NCBI GenBank assembly: GCA_046707105.1
Contig: JBJKOV010000089.1
Location: 1 to 42,876 of the forward strand
DNA: 42,876 nucleotides
Direction: 5' to 3'
Origin: Thermodesulfovibrionales bacterium
GTDB taxonomy: Bacteria > Nitrospirota > Thermodesulfovibrionia > Thermodesulfovibrionales > UBA6898
Of this stretch, positions 1 to 9,295 are shown in pieces. The first letter of the stretch is position 1. The number at the start of each line of letters is the position of its first letter. The notes under the pieces are model-generated. The model was given only the letters and a program-made list of their open reading frames with translations. It had not been told where the DNA came from and did not search any database. A program made the position numbers and the translations under genes.

Positions 1-195
1 CCGCCGAAACTCGTTGTTGCCTGCGGAGACTGCGCCGTAAACGGAGGAGTTTACAGAGGCAGCTACGCGGTACTGGACGGGGTTGCCAATGTAATCCCGG
101 TCGACTTCTTCATACCCGGATGTCCGCCGTCGCCAGACAAAATACTTGCAGCGCTCCTCAGGATGACGGGAGAAAAGGTTTCAGACAAGGGCTGA
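1..195 (+). CDS. NuoB / group-4 [NiFe]-hydrogenase small-subunit family protein, C-terminal fragment (5' end outside window)
   Basis: Frame 1 is open from base 1 to TGA at 193-195. It is absent from the ORF track because it has no start. The translation is PPKLVVACGDCAVNGGVYRGSYAVLDGVANVIPVDFFIPGCPPSPDKILAALLRMTGEKVSDKG. It carries the GDCA..GG and IPGCPP cysteine motifs typical of the Fe-S ligands of NuoB/HycG/EchC-type subunits. Confidence 0.7.
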   Translation, partial: PPKLVVACGDCAVNGGVYRGSYAVLDGVANVIPVDFFIPGCPPSPDKILAALLRMTGEKVSDKG

Positions 196-215
196 TCCCG
201 CATTACGCCACTGAA

Positions 216-370
216 GGACCAGGGGAGTTACTAATAAGTGCATTAATAGGGTGTCATTCCCGCTCGTCGGGAATCCTTCCCCAAAAAGACTCCGGACCTG
301 CCTACCGGCAGGCAGGCAAGCCGGAGTGACAAATAACGTTATCATACTTATGTACTTCTTAGTATATTAT
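216..370. repeat. Copy A of a ~150-bp dispersed hairpin-rich repeat (MITE/REP-like), inverted relative to copy B
   Basis: The reverse complement of 216-370 aligns by eye with 10972-11120. There is an uninterrupted 50-nt identical block (311-360 vs 10981-11030). Beyond it lie a 4-nt indel (tgcc) and scattered substitutions. Internal hairpins are attcccg/cgggaat (256-274) and ctccgg...ccggag enclosing cctgcc/ggcagg (290-326). The copy sits between two convergent gene ends (195 and 367). Confidence 0.85.
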
Positions 371-2751
371 CCGAGTTCATCGAGCTTCTTTTTAGCCCTG
401 GAGTTCCGCGGGTCTATCAGGAGTGCGTGTTTGTATTCTTCAATGGCCTTGTAACGTATGCCGGCTTTTTCATAAGCCTCCCCGGCAGTCAATCTGATAT
501 CTACATTGGCCGGCAAGGCATCAACGGCCCTTCTCATGACAGTAACGGCTTCATCAGTCATTTCCTTCTTCGCGAAATACCTGTAAACGCGTAAAAAATA
601 TGAAGGACTTATTTCTCTTTCATTGCCCATATATCCTAGGGCTGCCAGGTATTCCTCTTTCGCCAGGTCATCACGGCCGGTCTCGCTTAGATAATCGGCG
701 AAAGAAAGGTGCGGTTCGACCCTCTCTGGAAGTGAACTCCGAATGTCCTTATCGTCAAGGCCGTACAATACAAGGAAAGTAATGTACTTACGTGTTTTTT
801 TCGGTTCAAGTGCCATCGCCTTCTTTATGTATCCAAGGCCGGCGTCCTTTTCTCCCCGCGATATCAGCCATGACGAATAAACCTCGTATCTCGCTGAGTT
901 GCTTATATCGCAGTCTATGCCGGCCCGGAGCAGTTTACCTGCACCCTCTTCCTCCCCGAAGTCTGCAAGGGCAAGCCCGAGGGTCTGCAGATGCCCGGCA
1001 TTCGTCGGCTCAAGCATAACCGCCTTTCTATACTGGATCAGAGCATCCTCCCTGTTCGAAGAAAGCCATTCGGCGTTGGCGATCTCGTAGTGATACTTCG
1101 CCTCAAGAGGATCTGCGAGAGATGCCTTATAAGCCATACTTTTAACTCTCGCAAGGTCCTCCCCCCCGACATGGGCTTCCGGTCTGCCGTCGAGCATGAA
1201 GGGAGAAAAGTATTTCCCCCCCAGCACGCCGATATTGAATGTAAGACAACAGAACAGAAGTACCAGTGCAGGAAACTTCAATATCCCTCCATGCCCGTAA
1301 GCCTCCTTTGCGAGTAGCGTGTCTTCCTTCGCACCCGCTCTCATCCTGGTGTGGGCGGCAGACACTATCAACCCGGCGAGAAAAAAGAAATAGAGGCCGT
1401 TGGCCCCTATCTGGAGATTAAAATCGCCGAAACTGTGGATCAATATCGAGAGGAGCCCCGTGACGCTTCCAACAAAAAGATAAACTGAATAGGGCTCCCT
1501 CCTTTTCAGGAAGGTCCTGAAAGAACTGTACAAGACGGCCAGCAGGAACCATCCCATCAGCACGCATGCGATGACGCCGCCGTCCGAGGCCAATTCTATA
1601 TAGTCATTGTGGGCGTGTTGGAGTAACCCAGCGGCCGCTATCGAACGGTATTTCGGATAAATATCCACAAAGGTGCCGAACCCGGTCCCGGTCAGGGGGA
1701 ATTGTGCTACGATCTTGACGCAGTCCCGCCAGATGTCGAAGCGCAAATCGTGTATGTCGCCCTGCGCATCCCTCAAGCCCTTGAATCTCTCGAATATCGG
1801 TCCCCATCCGAACCACCCGACCGCCAGCACTATGAGAGCAAAGATGGCAATGATGATGAGTGCCCTGTTGCTACTGTTACTCCTCTTCCTTCGGCCCGCG
1901 ATCAACAGACAGAAAAATATCATCGACAGACTCAGACTGACGATGCCGCCACGTGAAAGACTCAGGAAAACGGAAGTGGAGATCAGCACTGCAGACAGCC
2001 CGAGAAGAATGTGTACATTCGTACCCTTTTGACTAAAGGCTTCGGATATCTTTTCGCGGAGAGATTGATAACCGGTATATGGTCTGCTCAGGAGAAAAGA
2101 GCAAAGGACGACAGGGAAGATCATTTCCATCAGACCTGCGTAATGGTCCCTGTTTACATAAGGCCCGAAGGGCGTCCCGGGATAGGTCAAACCTCTCACC
2201 CAGTAAATCTTGTTGTTCGGCAGTATATACTGGAGTATGGCAAAGAAGGCGATCAGAGACCCCAGCAGTATAACGGCAGACACTGTCCTTTTCAGAAATT
2301 CCTTCTTTGACAGAATTTGGACGGCGACGAAATAAAAGGCAACATAGGATGAGAACCTGAAGAATTCTGCGGCTGTGGCTTTCCTGCAGATTGAAAGAGG
2401 GCCCCACCCCGCATGACCACCCACCCATGCCGTCTCTCCGTACAGAGAATACGCAGCCGGAGATATGAATCTCAAGAGAGGAGGCGGAAGAGGAATTAGC
2501 TGCACTATCATGTAGACCATAAGGAGTAACAGGGGGACAATCCCGGGAACTTCATATAATGTCTTCCCGGTGTGGATGATTCTAAAAAAGAACCAGCACA
2601 AAGCAAGGATGGAAGCCGACTCCATCACAGTCAGAGACCACTGCTCGACGGTCCCGAATGCAAGCGGTGAAAAAAGCAGAAGGAAGATTAAAATTCTGTA
2701 GACGGTCACCGCATTTTGGGATCTCTCCTCTCCCCGAAAAGTCGCCCTCAT
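367..2751 (-). CDS. O-antigen ligase / Wzy_C family polytopic membrane protein fused to a C-terminal TPR-repeat domain
   Basis: 794-aa ORF. The N-terminal ~470 aa are strongly hydrophobic with many helices. They contain the Wzy_C-type signature region LLQHAHNDYIELASDGGVIA. The C-terminal ~300 aa consist of TPR-like repeats (ALIQYRKAVMLEPTNAGH, KAIEEYKHALLIDPRNSRAKKKL). Confidence 0.75.
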   Translation of the reverse strand: MRATFRGEERSQNAVTVYRILIFLLLFSPLAFGTVEQWSLTVMESASILALCWFFFRIIHTGKTLYEVPGIVPLLLLMVYMIVQLIPLPPPLLRFISPAAYSLYGETAWVGGHAGWGPLSICRKATAAEFFRFSSYVAFYFVAVQILSKKEFLKRTVSAVILLGSLIAFFAILQYILPNNKIYWVRGLTYPGTPFGPYVNRDHYAGLMEMIFPVVLCSFLLSRPYTGYQSLREKISEAFSQKGTNVHILLGLSAVLISTSVFLSLSRGGIVSLSLSMIFFCLLIAGRRKRSNSSNRALIIIAIFALIVLAVGWFGWGPIFERFKGLRDAQGDIHDLRFDIWRDCVKIVAQFPLTGTGFGTFVDIYPKYRSIAAAGLLQHAHNDYIELASDGGVIACVLMGWFLLAVLYSSFRTFLKRREPYSVYLFVGSVTGLLSILIHSFGDFNLQIGANGLYFFFLAGLIVSAAHTRMRAGAKEDTLLAKEAYGHGGILKFPALVLLFCCLTFNIGVLGGKYFSPFMLDGRPEAHVGGEDLARVKSMAYKASLADPLEAKYHYEIANAEWLSSNREDALIQYRKAVMLEPTNAGHLQTLGLALADFGEEEGAGKLLRAGIDCDISNSARYEVYSSWLISRGEKDAGLGYIKKAMALEPKKTRKYITFLVLYGLDDKDIRSSLPERVEPHLSFADYLSETGRDDLAKEEYLAALGYMGNEREISPSYFLRVYRYFAKKEMTDEAVTVMRRAVDALPANVDIRLTAGEAYEKAGIRYKAIEEYKHALLIDPRNSRAKKKLDELG

Positions 2752-2790
2752 GCTGTTTCCATGTCAGCCGCCCGCAGGCTGTTCCTGCCG

Positions 2791-4980
2791 CTAGATGACT
2801 TTGTGTCCGTCTTCTCCATCAGCCGAGTAATAGTAATTATGGTATCGTGAATAGTAGTACTTGTTCTTTTTGAAATCAACCGCATTGATAACCACGCCGA
2901 AGACATTGGCGTTAAGGTCACCGAGGGATTTAAGACTCTTCCCCAATAACTCATAAGTCGTTTTTCCGGCCCTGGCGACGATGATGGAGCCGTCGAGGAC
3001 CTTGCCGAGGATAAGACTGTCGACGACGGTGAGGAGAGGCGGCGAATCCCAGATAACAATATCGTACTTGCCGCCGAGCAGGCCCACCATTTCCACGAGC
3101 CTTCCGGAACCCAGAAGTTCCGACGGATTGGGCGGAATCGGACCGGATGGAATGATGTTCAGGTTCGGCAGAGGACCTTCGTGTATGATATCCATGCCGG
3201 ATGCCCCCGCAAGATATGTGCTCAGGCCCTTTGAGTTGTCAATCTTAAAAACTTTATGGATGCGAGGTCTTCTTAAATCGGCGTCGACCAGAAGCACCCT
3301 GTAATCCGACTGGGCAATCGCCGTCGCGAGGTTGATCGACGTGACGGTTTTTCCCTCTTCGGGTCCGGCACTGGTCAGGAGAATATGCTTCGGAGGCTTT
3401 TCAGCTGAAGAGAGCAGGAGGCTGGTCCTGATCGCCTTGTAATTTTCGGCGAAGGTCGAAGTGGGATGGTCGGTGACCGCGTTTTCGATCACGCCGTCGC
3501 CGGAGGAAAACATGGGAATGAGACCGAAAACGGGAACGCCCAGTTTTGTCTCAACATCCTCAGGCGATTTGACCGTCTGGTCAAGATATTCCAGGAAAAA
3601 AGCGGTACCGATTCCGCCGAATAAACCCACAATGAGGCCAAGCAGAACGTTGAGCGCCTTCCTCGGCTTCACGGGAGAAACCGGGGTGTCGGCCTTTTCA
3701 ACTATCATCACATTGGTAGTCTGGATCTGCTCCGTGATGTTCTGTTCTTTTATCCTCTTGATCAGCGCTACATAGAGCTGCCTGTTTGTCTCGACATCCC
3801 TGTTTATCATGTCGTACTCAATGAACTTTTCATTAACATTAATGGCCTGACCTTTGGCCTCGGAAAGCATCCTCCTGAGATTGGCTTCATTCGACTTTGC
3901 CAGCGCGTATTCGTTTTTTATCGAGGCTGTCACTCTGTTTATTTCCTGCTCTTTCTTTGCCCTCAGAACGTTCAGGTCCTCTTTCGCCCGGATCATGAGA
4001 GGGTGTTTCTTCCCGTATTTCTGAGACAGGTCCATGATCTTCTGCTCGGCCTGCATTATTTGCCGCCGCAAAGCCTCTATGGTAGGATCGTTTGCAACGG
4101 CGGAAACGGTCTCGGCCTTTCCAGGACTGCCGGAGACCTCTTTGACCTGATTGTACAGGGTCTCCATCTCCTCCCGCTTGGTCTCGGCGGTTACAAGCTG
4201 AGTGCTGAGCTGAGATATCTGTTCGGGAACGATCGCCATCTTGTTCTGGTTCGTAACGAGGTCCTGGCTCTTGATATACTGCTGGAGGGTCCTCTCGGAG
4301 TCATCCAGCTTTTTCTTCTCTTCTTCAGCCTTGCTCGTCATCCATTTCAGCATATGCTGGGTAGAGCTCATATTAAGGTCCAGAAGCTCATCTATGTATG
4401 CCTGCGCAACTGTATTGGCAACGGATTTCGCCAGTTCGGGATTGCTTGACATGTAGCTGATGGTGACGATTTTGCTGTTTTTTACAGGGTCGACTACTAT
4501 TCCCCCACTGATCATCCTTGCAAGCATGTCCTCTCTGGCGTCGCTGTTTTCCGCTTCCGCCCCCGTCGATTTCTTCCCACCCTTCCCGGAAAACATTGAA
4601 GAAAGGTCCCCGAACCATCCAGACACGGTTCCCACAAGTGAAAAACCACTGTTCGTCCCCCGCAGACCAAACCCATATGTCTTTTCAAGATCGAGCATTT
4701 GAACGACCCTTTTCGCTACTGGAACGCTTTTTATGATCTGATACTGCGTCTCGTAAAAGTCAGGATCATAAGGAATGTATCCATAATTCGTCATAAGCGG
4801 CGCCGACTCTCTTTTTTCGATGAGCACCTTCGTCGACGCCTTATAAACCGGGGTGGCAGAAAAAGTGGCTATGAGGACAACGGTAAAGACGACGATAAAA
4901 AAAGTATATACAGTATATCTCCTCTTATCGATAACCCTCAGGTAGTCCCTTAAGTGAATCTCTTTTTCTTCCATCTCCAT
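2791..4980 (-). CDS. Polysaccharide co-polymerase / bacterial tyrosine autokinase (Wzc / GumC-EpsG type, fused chain-length and kinase domains)
   Basis: 729 aa. An N-terminal Wzz-like region has a TM helix (YTVYTFFIVVFTVVLIATF), a long coiled-coil periplasmic segment and a second TM (ALNVLLGLIVGLFGGIGTAFFLEYL). The C-terminal P-loop domain has Walker A GPEEGKT, Walker A' LLVDADLRRP and Walker B DIVIWDSPP. A Tyr-rich tail follows (KNKYYYSRYHNYYYS). Confidence 0.85.
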   Translation of the reverse strand: MEMEEKEIHLRDYLRVIDKRRYTVYTFFIVVFTVVLIATFSATPVYKASTKVLIEKRESAPLMTNYGYIPYDPDFYETQYQIIKSVPVAKRVVQMLDLEKTYGFGLRGTNSGFSLVGTVSGWFGDLSSMFSGKGGKKSTGAEAENSDAREDMLARMISGGIVVDPVKNSKIVTISYMSSNPELAKSVANTVAQAYIDELLDLNMSSTQHMLKWMTSKAEEEKKKLDDSERTLQQYIKSQDLVTNQNKMAIVPEQISQLSTQLVTAETKREEMETLYNQVKEVSGSPGKAETVSAVANDPTIEALRRQIMQAEQKIMDLSQKYGKKHPLMIRAKEDLNVLRAKKEQEINRVTASIKNEYALAKSNEANLRRMLSEAKGQAINVNEKFIEYDMINRDVETNRQLYVALIKRIKEQNITEQIQTTNVMIVEKADTPVSPVKPRKALNVLLGLIVGLFGGIGTAFFLEYLDQTVKSPEDVETKLGVPVFGLIPMFSSGDGVIENAVTDHPTSTFAENYKAIRTSLLLSSAEKPPKHILLTSAGPEEGKTVTSINLATAIAQSDYRVLLVDADLRRPRIHKVFKIDNSKGLSTYLAGASGMDIIHEGPLPNLNIIPSGPIPPNPSELLGSGRLVEMVGLLGGKYDIVIWDSPPLLTVVDSLILGKVLDGSIIVARAGKTTYELLGKSLKSLGDLNANVFGVVINAVDFKKNKYYYSRYHNYYYSADGEDGHKVI

Positions 4981-5059
4981 CTTTCTGCCTCGTTTTTTTC
5001 AGAACCGGTTTTTATAACTTATGCTCTCCTGCAAAAGTACTTGCGAGTGCCTCATTCAA

Positions 5060-5854
5060 CTAAAAGAAACTCTCAGGGACCACGATCACGTCGTTAGGCA
5101 GTACTGGTTCATCCATCTTCACCTTTTCCATGACATCATCTTTCCCCTTTTCATTCCGTATGATCTTTACACTGCCTGTTGAAGCCTTATCAGTAAATCC
5201 ACCAGCCATGGTGATCGCCTTCAGTACAGTCGTCCCTTCCTCGAATTTATAGGCATCCGGCTTCCTGACCTCGCCGGTCACATAAAAAACTCCGGCTTTG
5301 GGGATATAGATGCTGTCGCCGTCTATAATAGGTATGTTCTGTGAGGTGTCCCCCATTTCTATCAGGCGCTTGAGGTCGATCGAGATGATTTTTTCCTTTT
5401 GGCCCGGAGAATCGGGTTTCCTCTTGACGATAGCCTTGTCACCCGCGTCCTTCGTAAGGTCCCCCGCCTTGGAAAGGACTTCAAGAAAAGTAGTATAGCC
5501 CTTCAGTTCATAAAGACCGGGATTCTTTACCTGCCCCATAATAGTCGCTCTCTGACTTCTGAACTCCTGAATAAATACGGTCACCTGCGGATCGATAATG
5601 TATCCCTGGGAAAGCATATCCGCTATTTTGTGGGACACCTCTGAGACGGTGAGACTGGAGATCTTCACATGGCCGATAAGAGGGAAAATTATCGTTCCGT
5701 CGCCGCTCACGCGCACAGTGGTGGTCAGATCGGGATGATCATATACCGTTATCTGAAGTACGTCACCTTCACCCACTACATAGTCTTGCGCAGCCACGGG
5801 GCGACATATTGCAAGGATTAAAACAATAAATCCGATGATCCCTATTAACTTCAT
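5060..5854 (-). CDS. Polysaccharide export protein (Wza / Poly_export + SLBB type)
   Basis: 264 aa with signal peptide MKLIGIIGFIVLILAICRPVAAQ. A Poly_export-like N-terminus is present (DYVVGEGDVLQITVYDHPDL...VSGDGTIIFPLIG). SLBB-like repeats follow (GLYELKGYTTFLEVLSKAG; GVFYVTGEVRKPDAYKFEEGTTVLKAITMAGG). It lies adjacent to the tyrosine kinase gene. Confidence 0.85.
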   Translation of the reverse strand: MKLIGIIGFIVLILAICRPVAAQDYVVGEGDVLQITVYDHPDLTTTVRVSGDGTIIFPLIGHVKISSLTVSEVSHKIADMLSQGYIIDPQVTVFIQEFRSQRATIMGQVKNPGLYELKGYTTFLEVLSKAGDLTKDAGDKAIVKRKPDSPGQKEKIISIDLKRLIEMGDTSQNIPIIDGDSIYIPKAGVFYVTGEVRKPDAYKFEEGTTVLKAITMAGGFTDKASTGSVKIIRNEKGKDDVMEKVKMDEPVLPNDVIVVPESFF

Positions 5855-5994
5855 ATCTCCGACTTAAAACAGTCTGTTATTTGGAGCCCGCGTATAAAGT
5901 CTTTTCCGTCCGGTTGTCTTACGCGCTTAACCCAATTTGCCCGCGGACCCTATTTAGTATACTTAAAGTTCGTAACTATTATAAAGGACGACAT

Positions 5995-6021
5995 AAAAAA
6001 TAAACGCGGGCAAAAGCCCGG
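5995..6021 (-). terminator. Possible weak intrinsic terminator after the outer-membrane protein gene
   Basis: On the minus strand a 5-bp stem (cgggc/gcccg, + strand 6007-6011 and 6016-6020) has a 4-nt loop. It is followed by GTTTATTTTTT. The stem is short, so support is limited. Confidence 0.3.
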
Positions 6022-6045
6022 GGCCGGTCGGATGTTTCACATTGG

Positions 6046-7812
6046 TTACAACGAGCCAGTAATCCTCAAGAATGCCGTATTGCTTACGAAATTGTAGTCG
6101 GAAAAAGAGGAGTCTCTCCTGGTATATACATAACCTATGTCGCTTTTAAGCCATTTCTGGAACTCATACTGCAGCCCCACAGTCGCCTGGTATATGTTGT
6201 CTTTAATGTCAGCTGCATTCCCCTCCGCCGTAACAACGCCTTTGTATCGTTCGTTAGTGTAAGTGAGGTCCGCCAGGCCGGTGATCTTCGATGTGAAGAG
6301 CTGCTGGTATTCGGCGCCTATCTGATTGGTTATCGTATACAGGAATGCCGCTACATTCGTCTCATCCGCCTTCCTGAATCCCGTCACAGTAAGCGATGTC
6401 TTCGGAGTAAAATGATGCTTTATCTGGGCTTCAGTTATAAATGTTCCGACGCTCTGTGAAGGGCCGGTGAGGTCTTTGACCCCGTAACCAGCTTTCACCA
6501 TCCCCTTCGATTTAGCCGTTATGTCCCACTGTATGCCCGCCAGAAATTGATGTTCCCTGCTGTCGAGAGTGGAGTCGCTGACGTAGGAAATATCGATAAA
6601 CCTGTATTCCAGGAAAGCGGCCGTTTTCGGTTTAAACTTATAAAGGAGATATCCGGAAAGGGAGTTGTCCGTCCGGTCCATAAACTGGTTTCTCTGGTCG
6701 TTGTAATGCACCAGGAAGTTGGAATAATCGAGCCGGACACTCAGACGGTTGCCCGTATCAACACGCGCAGCGGCTTCAAGAAGATTATTGTAGAATCTGT
6801 CAATCTGCCCCGGTTCGGTCGATACGCTCAGCCCGCGTGTTTCAAAGGATTTCACGAAAAGGTCGAAGTCGTTGGCCGAAAATTTATTGCCGTTATATTC
6901 AACCCTGCCGTACCCGGTGTGGCTGACGGCATTCCCGTACGGGGAATTCGCCGACGGCAGGGGTATGTCAGCCCGGTAAAGAAGATAGGCCTGATACCTC
7001 CTCACGACCTCTGGGGCGTAGCTCGTGAAGACAAGCCCCCCCGGCATACGGTTCGATGTCTCGTCGAGCACCAGATGCTTCTCGGCAACTCGCGGCAGTG
7101 AAAGCCAGATCTCCGGCGTCAGAACGGTGCTGAGATTGGTCTTCTTGTTGTCTTTCGTCGCAAAGGCGTTGTCGGTGTAAATTTCCGTGACCGCCAAAGA
7201 AGGATGGAAATAGCTCCCTCCTCTTCCGAATATTTCCCTGTACGTTCTCAGGGTGCCGGTAGGGCCTTCTTCCTGCTGCTGAGTTCCAGGCACGCCGTTG
7301 TCTCCGGCCTCACTCACAAGGAAAGCGCCCTCCGGAAGTTTACTCCCGCCGGAGGAAACGTCCGTGGCAACTGAGCGTCCGGCTGGTAGCGGTCCCCGGA
7401 CCGGATCGGATTTAACCGACGAGTACTCTGTCGCAACGCCCGTTTTTAGCGACGGGTCTTCATTTCCGCTCACTGCCATCGAAGCAGAGACTGTCTTCAC
7501 CTTATTAAGACCCGGAGCCTTGGTCGTCCGGTCTCCCATCTTCCTGGCTAACACCCTGTAAACCTCTTTTTTATGAGATGTGACACCCCTCACAATGAAT
7601 ACCTTATAACCTTCCCGTCTCAGTTTCCTGGAAAGGTCTTCAGCGTTCTTTTTATGCCGGAAGGCCCCCCTCTGGAGATACCCAGGGCGGTGAGCCTGCC
7701 CGTTTGACTTGGCGGCCGGAACAACCGTCTCATGTCCCGAAGTAGTGGCAGACTGGGCGATCGCAGGTAAACTGAGAGAAAAGACTAATATGACTAACAG
7801 CATCTTCTTCAT
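6046..7812 (-). CDS. SPOR-domain protein fused to an outer-membrane beta-barrel (exopolysaccharide-locus OMP)
   Basis: The ORF track gives 6046-7875. I prefer ATG at 7812 (MKKMLLVILVFSLSLPAIAQS signal peptide, AAGGAA upstream). The N-terminal SPOR-like module is GYLQRGAFRHKKNAEDLSRKLRREGYKVFIVRGV..VYRVLA, followed by a low-complexity linker. The C-terminal ~380 aa show alternating aromatic/hydrophilic beta-strand patterns (YQATVGLQYEFQKWLKSDIGYVYTRRDSS). Confidence 0.6.
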   Translation of the reverse strand: MKKMLLVILVFSLSLPAIAQSATTSGHETVVPAAKSNGQAHRPGYLQRGAFRHKKNAEDLSRKLRREGYKVFIVRGVTSHKKEVYRVLARKMGDRTTKAPGLNKVKTVSASMAVSGNEDPSLKTGVATEYSSVKSDPVRGPLPAGRSVATDVSSGGSKLPEGAFLVSEAGDNGVPGTQQQEEGPTGTLRTYREIFGRGGSYFHPSLAVTEIYTDNAFATKDNKKTNLSTVLTPEIWLSLPRVAEKHLVLDETSNRMPGGLVFTSYAPEVVRRYQAYLLYRADIPLPSANSPYGNAVSHTGYGRVEYNGNKFSANDFDLFVKSFETRGLSVSTEPGQIDRFYNNLLEAAARVDTGNRLSVRLDYSNFLVHYNDQRNQFMDRTDNSLSGYLLYKFKPKTAAFLEYRFIDISYVSDSTLDSREHQFLAGIQWDITAKSKGMVKAGYGVKDLTGPSQSVGTFITEAQIKHHFTPKTSLTVTGFRKADETNVAAFLYTITNQIGAEYQQLFTSKITGLADLTYTNERYKGVVTAEGNAADIKDNIYQATVGLQYEFQKWLKSDIGYVYTRRDSSFSDYNFVSNTAFLRITGSL

Positions 7813-7943
7813 AATTTCCTTGATATTCTTGACAAAAAAGCCTTTATTGTCAAGCAAAATCAGCTTTGTGGACAAGGAATATCCTCTTTTTTTTGTACGC
7901 CGGCAGATACTTTTTCCGGGACCTCTGATATAATTTATTTCAG

Positions 7944-8687
7944 GTGAGGTATATTTACTACATAATTATTATTTTTCTGGTCCTTTCGGCCGTGCTCGGC
8001 TACGAACTCCTATCCCCCCCGATCCCTGCAAAAGATACCGCAATGATTATAAACGGCCAGATCGTCACCATGGACGAGTTCAACAGGCTTTGCGCATCAC
8101 CGCCTCACCATTTGAAACCGCAAGTTGATTCGATAAATTCACTGATAACCAGGGAATTGCTGATCCAGGAGGCGCAGAGGGAAGGTATAGATAAAGAAGA
8201 ATCCTTCAGAAGGTCGATTCAAAATTTTTATGAACAGTCCCTGATAAAACTGCTGATGGACAAGAAGTTCGATTCCCTGAACGTTTCTGTCGACGACAGG
8301 GAACTGAACAGGTACATCTCTTTCCTCGGCAAGAAAGTCCGTCTGACAGTATTCACCTCGGACACTGCGGAGGACGCAGAAAGAGGTAATTACAAAGACA
8401 CCAAAACAAGTGAAATGAACTTCGAGGACCTTTCCAGCGACGTGAGGAGCAGGATCACTCCGCTTAAAGAAGGCGAAAAGACCAAGCCTTTCAGGGAAGG
8501 CGAAAAATTTGTTGTTCTGAGGCTCGATAAAGCGATAAATTCCGTTTCTGCATCACCCTCTGAGAAGGAAAGGGAAAACTTAAGGCATATGCTCATATCT
8601 GAAAAGAGAGAAGGGATGATCGAGGACTGGGTTGCCGGCTTGAGGAAGAAGGCAGACGTCAAGGTTCTGGTGACCCCGAAGAACTAG
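7944..8687 (+). CDS. Membrane-anchored SurA-N / PpiD-type chaperone-like protein (EpsD-like PPIase family candidate)
   Basis: 247 aa with a GTG start and N-terminal anchor YIYYIIIIFLVLSAVLGY. A helical chaperone-like region is present (INSLITRELLIQEAQREGIDKEESFRRSIQNFYEQSLIKLLMDKK). I did not see a clear rotamase signature. It is divergent from the export genes. Confidence 0.4.
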   Translation: MRYIYYIIIIFLVLSAVLGYELLSPPIPAKDTAMIINGQIVTMDEFNRLCASPPHHLKPQVDSINSLITRELLIQEAQREGIDKEESFRRSIQNFYEQSLIKLLMDKKFDSLNVSVDDRELNRYISFLGKKVRLTVFTSDTAEDAERGNYKDTKTSEMNFEDLSSDVRSRITPLKEGEKTKPFREGEKFVVLRLDKAINSVSASPSEKERENLRHMLISEKREGMIEDWVAGLRKKADVKVLVTPKN

Positions 8688-8699
8688 GAGACAGGTTAT

Positions 8700-9293
8700 A
8701 TGAAGAGGAACTGGAGGAGAAGAAACTACTTCATCAATAAAGAACTGCAGGGAAGGTATATATTCAGCTTCTTTGTCCTGGTTCTGGCCTGCGGCTTCCT
8801 TCTAACAGCGATCTTCAGTCTCCTCTCGGCCGATTCGTTGACCATAGTATACAAGAATGACACCCTGCAGCTTGGGAAGACGCCTCTCATCCTGTTCAGG
8901 GAAATCCTTGGCGCACACTGGATATTTATCGCCACAGGCGGGGTGCTGGTGATTATCGCCTCCCTGTTCCTGACGCACCGGGTCGCCGGTCCTCTCTACA
9001 GATTCGAAAAATCTCTTGAAGAAATGAACGGCGGGAACTTTGATTTTGAGATCAGGCTCAGGAGCAAGGACGAGGGAAAAGAACTCGCCCGGATGCTGAA
9101 CGACTTAAACTCGATGCTCTCTTCGCAGTTGGGGGAAATGAGAAACCTGGCGGAAGGGGTAAATTCGCACCTCGCGGAAATCAGGGCAAAACCGGCCGGC
9201 GCAACCGGAGGTGAGAACCTGGACAAGACGATTGCGCTGAACAATAAACTCAGAGATATTCTGAACACATTTAAACTGAAGCACGATGAGTAA
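8700..9293 (+). CDS. Two-TM HAMP-domain membrane protein without a recognisable output domain
   Basis: 197 aa with two hydrophobic helices. A HAMP-like segment follows (THRVAGPLYRFEKSLEEMNGGNFDFEIRLRSKDEGKELARMLNDLNSML), then a short coiled coil. The stop lies 2 nt before the next start. Confidence 0.6.
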   Translation: MKRNWRRRNYFINKELQGRYIFSFFVLVLACGFLLTAIFSLLSADSLTIVYKNDTLQLGKTPLILFREILGAHWIFIATGGVLVIIASLFLTHRVAGPLYRFEKSLEEMNGGNFDFEIRLRSKDEGKELARMLNDLNSMLSSQLGEMRNLAEGVNSHLAEIRAKPAGATGGENLDKTIALNNKLRDILNTFKLKHDE

Positions 9294-9295
9294 TT

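Noticed and set aside
120-454. ORFs 120-329 and 251-454 (and 10897-11094 at the other repeat copy)
   Set aside because: They read through the hairpin-rich repeat, and at 120 through the 3' end of the NuoB-like gene in another frame. Their similarity to each other is explained by the DNA repeat in opposite orientation, not by coding.
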